Positions 36,331 through 50,318 of a stretch of DNA of 64,000 nt are shown piece after piece. The stretch spans positions 30,566,001 to 30,630,000 of the forward strand of contig OX597816.1 in assembly GCA_951406725.2 (NCBI GenBank), read 5' to 3'. This DNA is from Octopus vulgaris (lineage: Eukaryota). Numbering within the stretch: the stretch's first letter is position 1; each line of letters begins with the position of its first letter. A program made the position numbers and the translations under genes. Under the pieces are notes generated by a model. That model made no database searches and was not told the DNA's origin. It saw nothing but the letters and a program-made list of their open reading frames with translations.

Positions 36331-39004
36331 TTCACACAATATATCAAGCTTGAACAGACGGTATTGCGTTGGTGTGTAAATTCGTCGGTATATTTCAAAA
36401 TACTTCTCTGTAGTCTTGGGCAAGTTGTACAATTAAAATATAATACTATAACGGCCACCACCCCTAATTTTATAGACTGTACTGTTGACAGGAATGTTAC
36501 AGTTAGGACCGTTAAGCATATACCGTGTGCGTCACGGATAATTTCTATGAGTCCTTAGCTTGACAATCCTACGTCTGCAAAGCGAATGAAATTGATCAGT
36601 GGGTCCGAAGCAAATAGCTCAAACGGTCAGATTGTACGCTGTGCCTGATGTCTGAGTATGAATATAGATTTTTTACGAGACTGTTACGAAGTCGTCATGG
36701 TTTTCTTCAAACATTTTATGTTTTTATTAAGGATAAATGTAGTATCAATACATTGATCACAGTGCCCGACTGGTACTTATTTTATAGACTCCTAAAGGAT
36801 AAAAGCAAAAGTCGACCTCCGCGGAATTTGAAGTCAGAATGTGAAGTCGGACGAAATGCTACTAAACATTTTGCCCGGCGTACTAACAATTCTGACAGCT
36901 CACCTAGCTTTATTTAAATATTACCACGGTTAATGTAATCACTTTACCATTGAATGTCTTTAAGAAGAATCGACATGACTCCGGTTTGACAAGAACATCT
37001 TTCGTCCTGCACCAGTTACTGAAGTTTTGTGATAAGGCTTCGGCAGCTGCCATTTTCCCACTCAATTAGTTATTTAAAAAAATTCAAGTGAAAAAAAAAA
37101 AAAAAACGCGAATCGCTGACATTTGGCTGGTTGTCAGATACCTTTCTCAGTCATTATTTCGCTAATTTCCGGATATATATTTGCCGAATTCTAATAAAAT
37201 TATATGAAATCAGCATTTACATCTAAGAATAGAAGAAGAATATAATTAAAGTTCAAAACTAGTTGGTGATTTTATGTTTAGTTTGATTGGAATATTATCA
37301 GTGAAATATTTCTTTCATCATAGACGAATGGACATTCATTTGAGAAATGTTCGTTTATGCCTCATGGTTTGGATATGGATCAAATATGTGTGACTGGGTG
37401 GGTGACGTTTAGTATCAAAGAATATTCCTGATATTTGAGATATCATCAAGCTTAAATATTGAAAGAGCTCCTTAATTATAGTGTTTATATAGTAATCCAG
37501 ATTAGATATTTAATATTGAGGAAACACTAATTCAATGTTGGCATGTCGGTTTATAACACGGTCAATGGAAACTGATGTTAGTTGATCAAAGGTCCGAACG
37601 GTAATAAATTGTGATGATAATAATAATAATAATGATTACCATAATCATTGAGAAAGTGTCATAAATTCAGAGAATTACATGCTTTTCATCTAATACTTCG
37701 GTTGTTCCGGTTTGTAATAATTACTGAAATAAAGATATCCTTAATTAGATATGAAGTATATAATGTCAGAAGGCAATGTTTTAAATAAAAGGTACCTTAT
37801 TATTTGCTAGCAAGGAAAAATCAGGCAATTTAGTGGATACTACTGTCTAAATGTCAACTGCAAAGTATCTGATTTTGTTAGATGTATTTACCATTTAGCT
37901 GAAATCAGTTCACATCACTAAACGCAGCCAAACAACCGAGGAAAGGCATGAACAATAATAATCACATTCACTCTGTTAATGTTTGCTTAGCATAGAGCTG
38001 TCAAATTAAGCGTGTTGTTGTTTAACCTTTGATCAGCCTTGATCGACCAAAGCTTTGATTCAAGACACAATGGTGGTGACCATTCTCGCTTTTATCCAGA
38101 CAAAATTTTCATAGATTCTAGGGATATTTGGTTACTATTGTTAACAAGTTGCTGCTTAGCTACAAGTCGATCCTGATTCAGTAAACATACCAGGGAAGCA
38201 GCTGACCAGTCATTGCTTCATACATTGTTGGATCCTTTCGTGCCTCTGTCTAAAAAGTGAACTTTCAAACAGTCCCATGTAGCTGGTTGATATCAACTAC
38301 GACGAACCAACAAGGGACATAATTACATATTCACCTGTTAGAAATAGCAACGAAATTTCTTTCAAACCACCTTCTTAAAAAGTATAGCCAACTTGAATTA
38401 TTTAGTAGTTGATAAAAATTTGGTGGATTAGCAGATTCTTTAGAGCGACAGTTAAAGTGCTTTGAAATACTTTTTCGGAGTTTTACTGTTTTCAGTTCAG
38501 TTCATAACGGGTTAAAGTTTGCTTTTAACCATTTGGAATCGACGAAATAAAGTACCAGACAAGTAAAACTAGAACTTAGCTTCTATTCTGAAAATTGCGA
38601 AATTACATACCGTATTTTACTCGCGAATAGAGTGTCTACATTTAAGAGATAGTCATGGCATGAACACTTGTGATTATTCATCTTAGTCTGCTTGATCAAA
38701 GATGATCTGTGGTTAAGTAACAGCAAAATCTGTAAGTCACGTGAGAGCGACCTCACTGCTATAAGCGATGGTACTATAATTGTTGCTGTTGTTCAGTTCA
38801 AGTTTTGTTGTGACAAAGCGAACCTCTGATCAAAAGCGTTCCTGTCATGCCCAATTCATTGTTTTTGGCTTAGTCCATGAACTGAATTATCTAATGCACC
38901 CTTACATTTTTTCGAGATGGTAGAAGTGATTTATGAGCGGTTTAGCATTTATTTCTTGTTAGTTGTTGTTATCATGTGGATCTTTGTCTGCTTGTATGTT
39001 ATTG

Positions 39005-40614
39005 TCGGCACTGTAATATTCTTATCGACAATGACTTCGAGACATCTGCCTTGACGGTAACTCCAACTGAGAACTTGTACAACGACTCTGCTACTACTGA
39101 TCTCCTACAACAACTAACTGTCAGACTTTATAGTGGCTGAGTCATACCACTTTCTCACGTCGGAAGGGGAGTGCCATTTTCAATACAACATCTCCCTCTT
39201 TTATTTTTTCCTGTGGAAGCAAGTAATTTACTTTTACTTTATTCACGACTCTTCCCTTTTTAGCGTTTTTTTCTTTTTCCCAACTTAATATTTTTTTCTT
39301 TTTTGGCGTCTGTTTGTAGGAAATCTGTGTCTTTCCTTTTTCTTCCACTTGTACGCGCCGGTCCAACTACCTTTAAGGATGTTTGTACCTAGAATGTGTC
39401 ACACAGCCGTTCCAAAGGTTCTACTTATCTATCTGGTTTAAGTTCTATGAATGGCTTCATCAATTGCTTTCTGTGTCTTATTTGAATATCTGTTCTTTTA
39501 ATTCCGTACCTCATTTTTCCTAGATACTCTAATTTTGTCTCCTTCCCAATATTGTTTTCCGTTTTTATACGATCTCATGTAAATATTTTCACCAAGGTTA
39601 AAAAAAATTTTATTGTCTTTCCTGGTACTTTTTCTTTCTTCGCCAAGTAACAGCGTATCAAAAACTGATTCCACCTTTCTCGCAAACATTAGTTCTGCTG
39701 GTGAGCTTCTTGCTGGTGTATTGGGGTTCGATGTCACCCTGTATACCCTTAGAAATGCTGCAGAATGACTTCCTCTCTGACTTCCTTGTTTGCTTTTCTC
39801 AAAGCTCTTTTAAATGTATCCACAAAACGCTCTGCCTGTACATTTGATCTGGGATTGCAAGGCACTAACATTTTATATTCTACAGTGAGCATTTCGTAGA
39901 ATTTTCTAAATTCACTGAGCACAAATTGTGTTACGTTATCAGATACAATCGCGTCTGGGATGCCGAATCCTGTGAATAATTTGGGCAAAAAATTTATTAC
40001 CGTTTTAGTGCAACGTTTTAATCCTTCCAAAAAAATATTTGGAAACAATTTAAAAAATTTTTTGTCTCAGTTGTTCGACTTCATTCGAAATTTTGACCAT
40101 GCCGACTACATTTTCACAGAGAATTCTAATGGGGATATCCCACATTTTAAATAACTTTGTGCATTCTGTGCCAAACAGGTTTAGTGAATTTTTCAACACA
40201 TGAATGATGGTTCTTTTTCGTTTCACCTCGAAAAGTTACAGTGCAAATACATTCGCCGATGAAATATAATTTCTTTCTTGTAACACCATTGTTATAATGT
40301 GGATCCTCGTCCACTTGTATGTTGTTGTCGAAGCTGCAATATTCTTGTCACCACTATTATATTGTGGCTGTATTCCACGACTTATTATCTTTGACTCCTC
40401 TATCGTGCTATCACTGATAGCTCCGCAAGACAATGACTTCGGGACGTCTACCTTGACGTTAACTCTAACTCGTATATATCTCGTATGTGACAGTGACCCC
40501 AACTGAGAACTCTACTACTAATTACCTCCTACAACGACTGACTCTCTGACTTTATAGTGGATGAGTCATACCACTCTGTCACGTAGTAAAGGGAGTACCA
40601 TTTTCCTTACAACA
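39005..40614 (-). mobile_element. Internally deleted Gypsy-type LTR retrotransposon remnant
   Basis: Two diverged direct repeats (~39005-39190 and ~40355-40614) start TGTTGTA on the minus strand; PPT AAAAGAGGGAGA precedes the 3' LTR; PBS-like TGGTGACAAG near 40353; integrase core GIPDAIVSDNVTQF..SEF...PRSNVQAERFVDTFK and SPAELMF. Confidence 0.8.
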
Positions 40615-41033
40615 GTTGTTTGACCTTTATCTAGTAGAGTATTAGCATTGTATATTTGACAGTTTGTTATCTAGTAGAAGTTGACCATATGAAGTCAAAG
40701 TCTTCATTTCTATTCCTACAACTGAGCTCCGACTTCTAAAAATAAACAAGTGTAATATACTGAATTATACTAAAATAGTGTAGTGTATCAGCATAATGCT
40801 ACTAGGTTAACTTTTGAATTTGACCAAGCACAGAAATCGGGGGTTATTGCAAGAAAATAACATGATATCTCTGAATTAGACGAAGACATAGCCCTGTAGG
40901 TCGTTAAGGACTTTATTCCGAAATCTCGTTTCTTGTTTGGATCCGAGTCTGTGTAATTGATTAATTTTCTTATATTGTGGTATCATTACAATGCAATCAT
41001 AAGTTGTTTAACGAAACCTGGGTAGAACCCTGT

Positions 41034-41095
<62 letters not shown>

Positions 41096-42087
41096 GGGTG
41101 TGTAAGCATGTTGATGTGTATTTATGTTTGTTGTGCCAAAGCATAACCTAGGCATCTGAGAAATTCTTCCTTCACTATCAGCTGCTTTCAGTCAACTACT
41201 GGACTGACATTCAGTAATGCATCATCGCCTAATCTATGTTGATTAAAAGCTAACAGTCCACACAGACCAGTTGTTGAATGACGGTGATGCTCTTGTGAGA
41301 TAAGCCCTTGTATCAACACCGAGGCAGAATTTGAAATTAGAACTGAAACAGCCGAAATACATATGATAAGTGATCTTTCCCCTCTACATCATAACCATAG
41401 ATTGGTACTGTATCAATCCCGAAAGTATAACAGGCAAACTGATCCTGATGGGATTTGAACTTAGACGGCAGAGAATCGTAACAAACAACGAGAGGTATTC
41501 CTAAATGACTCTCCGTAAATTTAACAACTCTTCTCTGTTGAAATATACGCCCATGGATAGAAAGATAGCTATTCAAAATATGTACCAAAATGACATAAAG
41601 TCTCTAGTAGCATCGATATTATTGACTACAGGCGTTGTCCTGCATATGTGCAATTGAATGACTGACGCTGTTAACAGAAAAGGAACCGAACATGGCTCGC
41701 TGGGTACTCTTATCACTTCTGCTGTAACGAAAGCATTCGTTAAATTAGGTCTCAAGTTAGAACTAATTTTCAGTCATTTAAAATACATTACTTAATAATC
41801 TCAGTGTTTATCTCCGGCTTTAACGTACGGATCAGTCCTCTAACTTTTAAATATTATAATTAAATTGTCCTTTGAAATCATCTGGTGGAATTCATGCTGT
41901 GAATTATAATATCTTTAGCAAATTAATCTTGAAAATTTAGACATTTCAGGAGAGAGAGAGAGAAAAAAATTACATGAAAATCTATATTGAAATTATTTCT
42001 CGATGTAATATTCTCAGTACAATCTATGGTACTAATTTACAATAAATTCTTAACTTCCTCAATTTAATGGTTGAATGTAGGAGTTAA

Positions 42088-42161
<74 letters not shown>

Positions 42162-43599
42162 GTGAGAGAAATAGAGATATAGATAAAGAGCAAGTGTAAA
42201 AGGACAGCAGTTATTTTATGCATAAAATTAATGTTGTTTACTTTAAGATATTTTCTTTGTATTTACTATATTTTTAATAAGACTCATACAAACAAACATC
42301 TTGATTTTATTCAACAATAACAATATGCGATATTTACTTTAAAATTAATTTTAAATTTTCTTATTGCCTAATTAACTTGTTTTTGTTTTGTAATCACAAA
42401 TCACGTATATATTCAGAAATGTTAGAAGAATGTCGATGGCGTACAGATATATTTTACCCAATTTACAGCAAATAGAAATAAAATTTTCCTATTGCTAAAG
42501 TTATATTTACGCCATATTTCATCTTGAAATTTCCCTTTTTTTTTCTTTTTAAATATTCTTGATGTAATAATTATTACTTATCAGTTGTATCTGAAAGAAA
42601 AAAATAATAATAAAAGATATACGTTACAGTTTGGTTATAATCCTTTTAGTATTAGATATAATTTATTATTGATGTAATGAAATTAGGCTAGGAATTTCTT
42701 GCCTGGAAGATTACTAGCTTATATATTCATTAATTAAATTAGTGGTATGCGTTATTTCTAATATGTCTGCTAGTAGTTTCTGGACGAAAAATCATTTACA
42801 GAAAAAAATATATCTATTGAGATATCTATCAGTTAGATTCCATAAGTAGAAACAAAGAAATATTAATAAAAAAATCAAATTTGTTTGTCATCAATAAACA
42901 TGATATTTGATTTTGGATTTTATTTATTTATTTTTCTGAATTTATATTTAAATGACTTATTTTCAATAGCTTTTTGATCGATAATTTAATTATCATCTAG
43001 ATTGGGACTAAATACTCTTGATGTTGTTTTAGTTGAAAATTACAACAAACGCTGAAATCTCATTATTGTATGGTTTTCTTCCTCTTGGCATTCTCTCTTG
43101 AGAAATTCATTCCGGTATATATTCTAATCAAAATTAAATTTTAATCTACCGTTACTACCATGATCATAATAAAACAATACATCTTACTTTATACTCTGTT
43201 GTAATATGAAAATATTTCAGTCTTGTGAAATTTTCTCGTAGAATTGTTCTTACTCAAACTAATCGTAAGTTTAATAATGATTTTAACATAAGAATACAGC
43301 TACATATGTTGAACATGCGTGTCTATGTCAGGTTTGCATAGTTTCCTAAATAAACTCCAGCACTTGAATGGTACTTTAATATATCAACTCTTGAAAGATG
43401 ACTTCAGCTGGAATTGAACTCAGACAGTACAGAGGCAGAGCAAATAGAACAAAGCAATTTTTTCGAAGCTCCAATGAATTTGCTAAGCTACTAACCTCAT
43501 CGAATGAAACTGGATTTCCAAAAAGTCTTTTAAAATTTACTATCTTACTTAATTTTTTTTTTAAATGTCGGGTTATTGTTATGCACTGTGCTATAAGTA

Positions 43600-44266
43600 A
43601 CTATTATTCTTTTAGTCTTTTACTTGCTTCAGTCATCAGACAGCAGTCATGATGGGGCACCACATTAAAGAATGGTAGTCGAACGAATCGGCCCCACTAC
43701 TCATGTTTCTTAAACCTGGTACTTATTCTGTCCGTTTTCGTGACGAACCGCTAAGTTAATCAGGCTGCGGTCATGATGGGGCACCAAGTGAAAGAATTAT
43801 AGTCGAACGAATTGGCCCCACTACTCATGTTTCTTAAGCCTGGTTCTAATTCTGTCCGTTTTCGTGACAAACCGCTAAGTTACATAAGACAGCGGTCCTG
43901 ATGGGGCACCAAGGGAAAGAATTATAGTCGAATGAATCGACCCCAGTACACATGTTTCTTAAGCCTGGTTCTTATTCTGTCCGTTTTTGTCACGAACCGC
44001 TAAGTTACGGGGGACGCAAGCACCCCAACACCGGTTGTCAAGCGATAGCAGAGGACAGACAGACAAAAAACACATACAATCCCACACGCTCCCCCGACAC
44101 ACACGGCTATTTTTTCTCAGTTTCCGTTTATGAAGTCCACTCACAAGACTTTGGTCGGCTCGACGCTATAGAGGAAAAAACTCGCTCAAGGAGCTACACA
44201 GTGAGACTGAACCCGAAACCATGAGGGAGGGAAGCAAACTTCTTATGACACGTCTACACCTACGCC
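43600..44266 (-). mobile_element. Old SINE family A copy with a triplicated ~120-bp 3' segment
   Basis: GTCATGATGGGGCACC...CCGCTAAGTTA is repeated at ~43645, ~43770 and ~43894. Confidence 0.7.
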
Positions 44267-44809
44267 TATTGGCTAATTATTATGGTTACTTACAGTAAAT
44301 TTGCAATCAGTGCAGGGAGCGGGAAGAATTGTTAGCACACCGAACACAATATGTAGTGGCATTTTGTCTGTCTTAACCTTCTGAGTCCAAACTCCACTGA
44401 GGTCGACTTTGCCTTTAATCCTTTTGGAGTGATCGATAGAGTAAGTAACAGTCAAAATTCCAGGTCAGCGAATTAAAACTAGGAATAAAAGCATTAAAGT
44501 AGACAGTGAGTGAGTTTGCAAATGAAAACGGAAAATTTCGCCGTTGCTACATCAGTACCAGGAGTTGACAATGTGAAATATTTTTAAAGAAGTGTATCAT
44601 ATATAGAAAGCAATATTATTTATTTTTAATAAAAAAATAAACTGATGATCCTATTATGTATCCGAGGTCAAATTATTCATGCATCCCAAGTATAGAAGCA
44701 ATTCGCGCAGCCGTTTTCGCGTGAAAAGCGAATACACATACACACACATACACAAGTGTATTTTACATAAGATATATATATATTTCGTTTTAAATTAAGA
44801 AATTCTATA

Positions 44810-45039
44810 CTCTTTACTCTTTTACTTGTTTCAGTCATTTGACTGCGGCCATGCTGGAGCACCGCCTTTAGTCGAGCAAATCGACCCCGGGACTTGTTCT
44901 TTGTAAGCCCAGTACTTATTTTATCGGACTCTTTTGCCGAACCGCTAAGTGACGGGGACGTAAACACACCAGCATCGGTTGTCAAGCAATGCTAGGATGA
45001 CGAACACAGACACACAAACACACACACACACACACACAC

Positions 45040-45108
<69 letters not shown>

Positions 45109-45273
45109 TACGACAGGCTTCTTTCAGTTTCCGTCTACCAAATCCACTCATAAGGCATTGATTGGCCCGGAGCTATAGCAGAAGACACTTGCCCAAAATG
45201 CCACGCAGAGGGACTGAACCCGGAACGATGTGGTTGATAAGCAAGCTACTTACCACACAGCCACTTCTGCGCC
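44810..45273 (-). mobile_element. SINE family A
   Basis: Full-length reverse copy. Confidence 0.88.
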
Positions 45274-46246
45274 TATATAATTATTTTAGGAAATATTTTC
45301 TCAGATCTGCAGTTTGAAAATGCATAATGTATTCGTATTAAAGATATGAAGCATATAACTTTGGTCCATCCCGTAGATATTACAAAGTCCCTTTACAGGC
45401 ACATTGAAATGAACTCAAAATCGTTGGTGGATTAATTAGCTGTGTGTTTTAGCTGAAACCACTTTGTGGTTATTATATGCGGAAATGTTACGGACACTAG
45501 AAAAACAACTTTAGCTGTTAATACAGTTTTGATGGCTATCATTCGTACAGATTGTTGTCAGTGGGAAAATGTTTTGAAATTAAATTTAGACAATTTTGGC
45601 TATATCGGCTTTCACGTTGATGCTGTAAGGCGGATTAAACTAAAAGTTAATTAGGTTACGATCTTTGTTTCATCTTCTTCGTTTTTCGCCCAGTGTCAGA
45701 ACTTCGTTATATATGAAATTGATGTCGTGTTTTTGAAACTGGTATTCTCTCAACTCCTTCTGTAATATCTGGCTACACCAAAAAATGGAGATCTGTGGGA
45801 AGCTATATTACCTATCTAATTAGTTAGACATCGAATATAACCACAACATAGTTAGATTCCTTTATATACACAAGTGTTCCGTTATGTTTACTGTAGTATA
45901 TTGAATGGCGTGGTTGAAAATCCAAAGTGAAAATGTAACAGCTAGACTATATATGGCAACATTCAAGCTAAGTTATAAATCTCAATTTCAACTCCCACAC
46001 TATTTCCTGAGGTAATCAAGCCAGCATGTTTGTAACATACATGTATTTAAATATTGCACACATTATAATACTATGTAAGATCTCTAACGAGGTAAAAATG
46101 TTCATGCCGGTGTCCTCGCGCTGAAGTCAAGTAGATGATCTATGTCTTATATCCGTGCGCGTCTATACTGAATAAGATATATATTGGAGAATTCCAATAC
46201 ACACACGTACACATTCAAACACATACATACATACATACGTACATCC

Positions 46247-46312
<66 letters not shown>

Positions 46313-46461
46313 GAAGATTTAGTATACACCACGTGGCAAAATTATAAGTTGAAAATATGGAAAAAAATATGGAAAAAGTGGAAAAGAAATGCCATCGTTT
46401 CATATAGTTTAATATCTTTTTATTAATACATACATATTATATGGGTGTCGTGAAATCCAAC

Positions 46462-46500
<39 letters not shown>

Positions 46501-46607
46501 GAACATATGTAGAAAAAGTATATATAAAAAGTGTAAAAGAAATGCCTTCGTTTCATATAGTTTAATATCTTTTTATAAATATATACATTTTATATGGATG
46601 TCGTGAA

Positions 46608-46649
46608 ATCCAACCGGTTTTCGCTATTTAAATTAGCTTTTCAAGGGAC
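46608..46649 (-). ncRNA. Minimal hammerhead-like motif (U3-A8)
   Basis: gucc c UUGAAAA gcua(auuuaaa)uagc GAAA accgg UU ggau. 4-bp stem II; palindrome AACCGGUU; the register at the cleavage site is ambiguous. Confidence 0.5.
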
Positions 46650-46787
46650 ATTGTACAGTAATCACTTCTCGTGATAACGAAATTGTCTGTCACGAGAACT
46701 GATATATATATATACACATATATACATACATACATATATATATATATGTATATATACATACACACACACACACATATATATATACAT

Positions 46788-47122
46788 TCTTTTATTTGTT
46801 TCAGACATTTGACTGCGACCATGCTGTAGCACCACCTTTACTCGAACAAATCGACCCCTGGACTTATTTTTTATAAGCGTTGTATTTATTCTATCACACT
46901 CTTTTGCCGAACCGCTATTTTACGGGGACGTAAACACACCAGCATCGGTTTTCATGCGAGGGTGGACAAACACAGACACACAAACACACACACACACATA
47001 TATATACGACGGGCTTCTCTCAGTTTCCGTCTACCAAATAATCTGAGAAGGCTTTGGCCGGCCCGAGGCTATAGTACAAGACACTTGCCGAGGGTGCCAC
47101 GCAGTGGGACTGAATCCTGAAC
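46788..47122 (-). mobile_element. SINE family A (5' truncated)
   Basis: Aligns to the other copies. Confidence 0.8.
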
Positions 47123-47124
47123 TG

Positions 47125-48936
47125 TTTTGTTTGCTGCTCACAAAGGAAGTCATAAATTCCAATTGTCAAGTAGCAAGATGAAGGTTTTCATTTCTATTTT
47201 GTTGCTCTGGGGATATAACACGCTACCACGCCGTCGTTTATACTGGGAAACCGAATCTGATTTTTGAAATGAGTTTGTAGCCAGTTCAATGCGAAGAAAC
47301 AAATTTGATAAGATAATGGAATACTTTCATGAAGCAGACAACAATGAACTCGTCAGTAAGGGCAGGTTTGCAAAGATATGCCCATTTTTGGACCTTCTAA
47401 ATGAAATATTTATACAGTTTTGTTCAGTTTTTGATCCAAAAAATGTCTCTGTTGATGAGGGGATATTGTGGTGGCCATCCTACAAAGCAAATTATTTGAA
47501 GCAAATCGATTCGATGGGGTTACAAAGGATGGATAGCAGCTAGTCCATTAGGTTGTTTATACTGGATTGATTTACATCAAGGAAAATGTGAAAGGGCAAA
47601 GATTAGCTGTTACAAGGACAGCTACGGCCTAGGAGGAGGAGAAGTGGTGCTTAACATGTCTGATAAACTTGAAACTCAATAAACAGTAAATAAATTTTCC
47701 TTCTTTGTTGATAACATTTTTCACATCGTTCAACCTTCTAGAAGAGATACAGCGAAGAGGTCATTCTGCTACTGACACAGTTCGTAGTAATAGATCTGAA
47801 AAGTGTCCCCTAACCAAAGTCAAGCAGTCTGTAAACTGTGCACGAGGGACTGAGGAGCATTTTCTTGAAAAAGATTCTAGCATTTTAGTGGCAATGTGGA
47901 ATGATAATGGTGTCGCTATCGTTGGGTCTAATCAGTTTGGTGTGCATTCTATAAAACAAGTTTCGCGCTGGTCAGTTGCAAAACATAAACAAGTTTTGAT
48001 ACAAATGCCATCAGTAATTAGAAAATATAACTTGGGAGGTGTTGACAGGCTAGACCAAAACATATCTCAGTACCGCATTACCATTCGGCGGGAAAATGGT
48101 ATTTCCCACTTCTGCCTTACCTTATTGAACGTGTGCATGAATAATGCATGATGGTTTTCCAGAGAAAGGAGTTATAAAGAAGATCTACTAGCATCTACAC
48201 GTCAAAGTGTGGAGTATCTTTTGAAGAAGTATGAAACGCCACTCATGAATCCAAGAAGACAAAAATCCTCGATGCATCTAGAGCAAGTATCAATGAGGAA
48301 AAATATGACCACATAGGTCATGGTATATAAAAGAGTGAGCCAGAAAACCGTCGAAGATGTAGGCAGTGCAAGAATCAAACTATATAGATGTGCAAGAAAT
48401 GCAAAGCTCCTAATGCATGACAAGTGTGCCTCTGACTGTTACGGAATCCAGTCTTAGTGAGTGAAGTTTTGGGAAGAAGTACTGCAAATAATCTTATATT
48501 ACATAATATCAGGGAAAAGTTGTCAGATTTAGCTTATTACATAATAAAAGACAAGAAAAAGATTAGATTTGGACAGAATGTATATTTTGTGTTTTGTGGT
48601 ATTGTATTAAGCTGTATTACAATGATAGATAATTATAGTTTCAAAGTAATCTCACATACGTTTCAATCAGTTCTATATTCTTGTTTTGTTTAGTTTAATT
48701 TTCATTATTTCAAATACTCAGTCATTCTTATCTAATCACAATGTTTACATTAATTTTCATTAATTCAAATATTTTTCCTAAAGATAGAAAGAATGAGTGT
48801 AAAATGCTTCAATTTTATTTGAATAAGTAAGCAAATTTTTGATGTTTTAAGATTTTTGTGTATAATACATTATGTGACATGTGGCCCACCGTTACGCGAA
48901 CAAAACACGTACTTGGACTATGTACCCATTGTTGCG
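47125..48936 (+). pseudogene. Decayed piggyBac (PGBD-like) transposase/transposon
   Basis: GYNTLPRRRLYWE, MRRNKFDKIMEYFHEADN, VSVDE, DNFFTS-like (1-nt indel), WNDNG, YNLGGVDRLDQ and a C-terminal Cys-rich remnant; multiple stops and frameshifts; ends near GCG|TTAA. Confidence 0.85.
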
Positions 48937-49023
48937 TTAATGCAGCACACACAAAGATATAATAACGTCTTACTTATTGAATAAATTATTAAAAAGCTAA
49001 AGTGGTATATATTATTAAACATA

Positions 49024-49640
49024 TCTATATATATAAAACTCAACTTGTGTGTCTGTGTGTGTATCTGTGTGTGTGTCTGTGTGTTTAATTTCCCGGCACA
49101 TCTCCTCCTAGCCAACAAATCGTAGAACCACCCAAAATGGGTCACTTAAAGTTTAGGCGAATGAAAATTGAACTGCGCTATTTCTGTTCCGAAATTCATC
49201 TTGCAAGTGCAAAAATCGATAATGTGTTTGTTTAGGTCTTATCCCATGCATTGAATAGTGAACTTTACTCAGTCAGCTGTTTGACGTGAACTGTGTTCAC
49301 CACGCGTGCAAGCATGCGTAAATTGCATGAAAAATAAAAAATCAAGATATAAAAACGAATCGCCGTAAACATTGTAGAAATTCGGCAAAGAAATGAATTT
49401 TCGCGATGTAGCCTGGAGGGTTTTTTCGTATTAATCGTTTGGACTTTGTGAACACATACCAATTGTTTTCATAACATTTTTAACGCTTTGAATTAAATGT
49501 GACCATTTTGCGTTGAGTGTGCAGTTTGAATCACTTTAACCAAATTTTAGCAGGCCGTATTTTTGATCATCACGATACATCGCCAGCGATTCCCTGAAAC
49601 TCTCCCCTGAAATCCCCGTTGAGCCGGGCAATACTGCTAG
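49024..49640 (+). mobile_element. Non-autonomous Helitron
   Basis: A|TCTATATATATAAAACTCAACTTGTGTGTCTG ... CCCCGTTGAGCCGGGCAATACTGCTAG|T. Confidence 0.8.
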
Positions 49641-50159
49641 TCTACCATATATGTAAAATATAACCGATTCCTAAGACTTCATATTTTTATGGACATATGT
49701 GTGTTAACATGTATTCTTACAGTGAAATAATGTTTCTAATGCAATGAATTTGATTTTTAAATAAAGACCTACGACCATAGCTATTTCTTTTTTCGAATTA
49801 GCGTTTTTACAAGGCAACTGATTTTCCATGTATGCAAAATGTTCTATCTCGCATAATTGCCAAGAGACATGCAAAACCTCCAAAATATTTCATCTCTGTA
49901 GTGATGCAAAGATTTATATTGGGAATATAAACTGTTTAACATTCGAAGGCGCAAAAGACTGAATACATCAATATGCAATATAATTTTTTTTTTAAGAAAT
50001 AAGTTTTATATGAAGGTGAACGCAAGCATATTAACAAATAACATTAGTTCAACACGTTTAGTGTCGAGAGAAATACAAACCGCTTTTGTTAATATCATTA
50101 GTTTAATAGTTTTACAGAAAGACTAACCCAATTTACATGTAACACGTTCCCGAAGCTAC

Positions 50160-50235
<76 letters not shown>

Positions 50236-50275
50236 TTATATATATATGTATGCGCACAGACATATATATATATAA

Positions 50276-50318
<43 letters not shown>

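Noticed and set aside
35870-36558. K/E-rich and S/F-rich ORFs of 118-184 aa
   Set aside because: Derived from the (CTT)n tract. The adjacent unique sequence (36330-36660) shows no recognisable domain or convincing exon.
41682-41717. ATG with signal-peptide-like MARWVLLSLLL
   Set aside because: Stops after 11 codons, with no convincing splice donor or other support.
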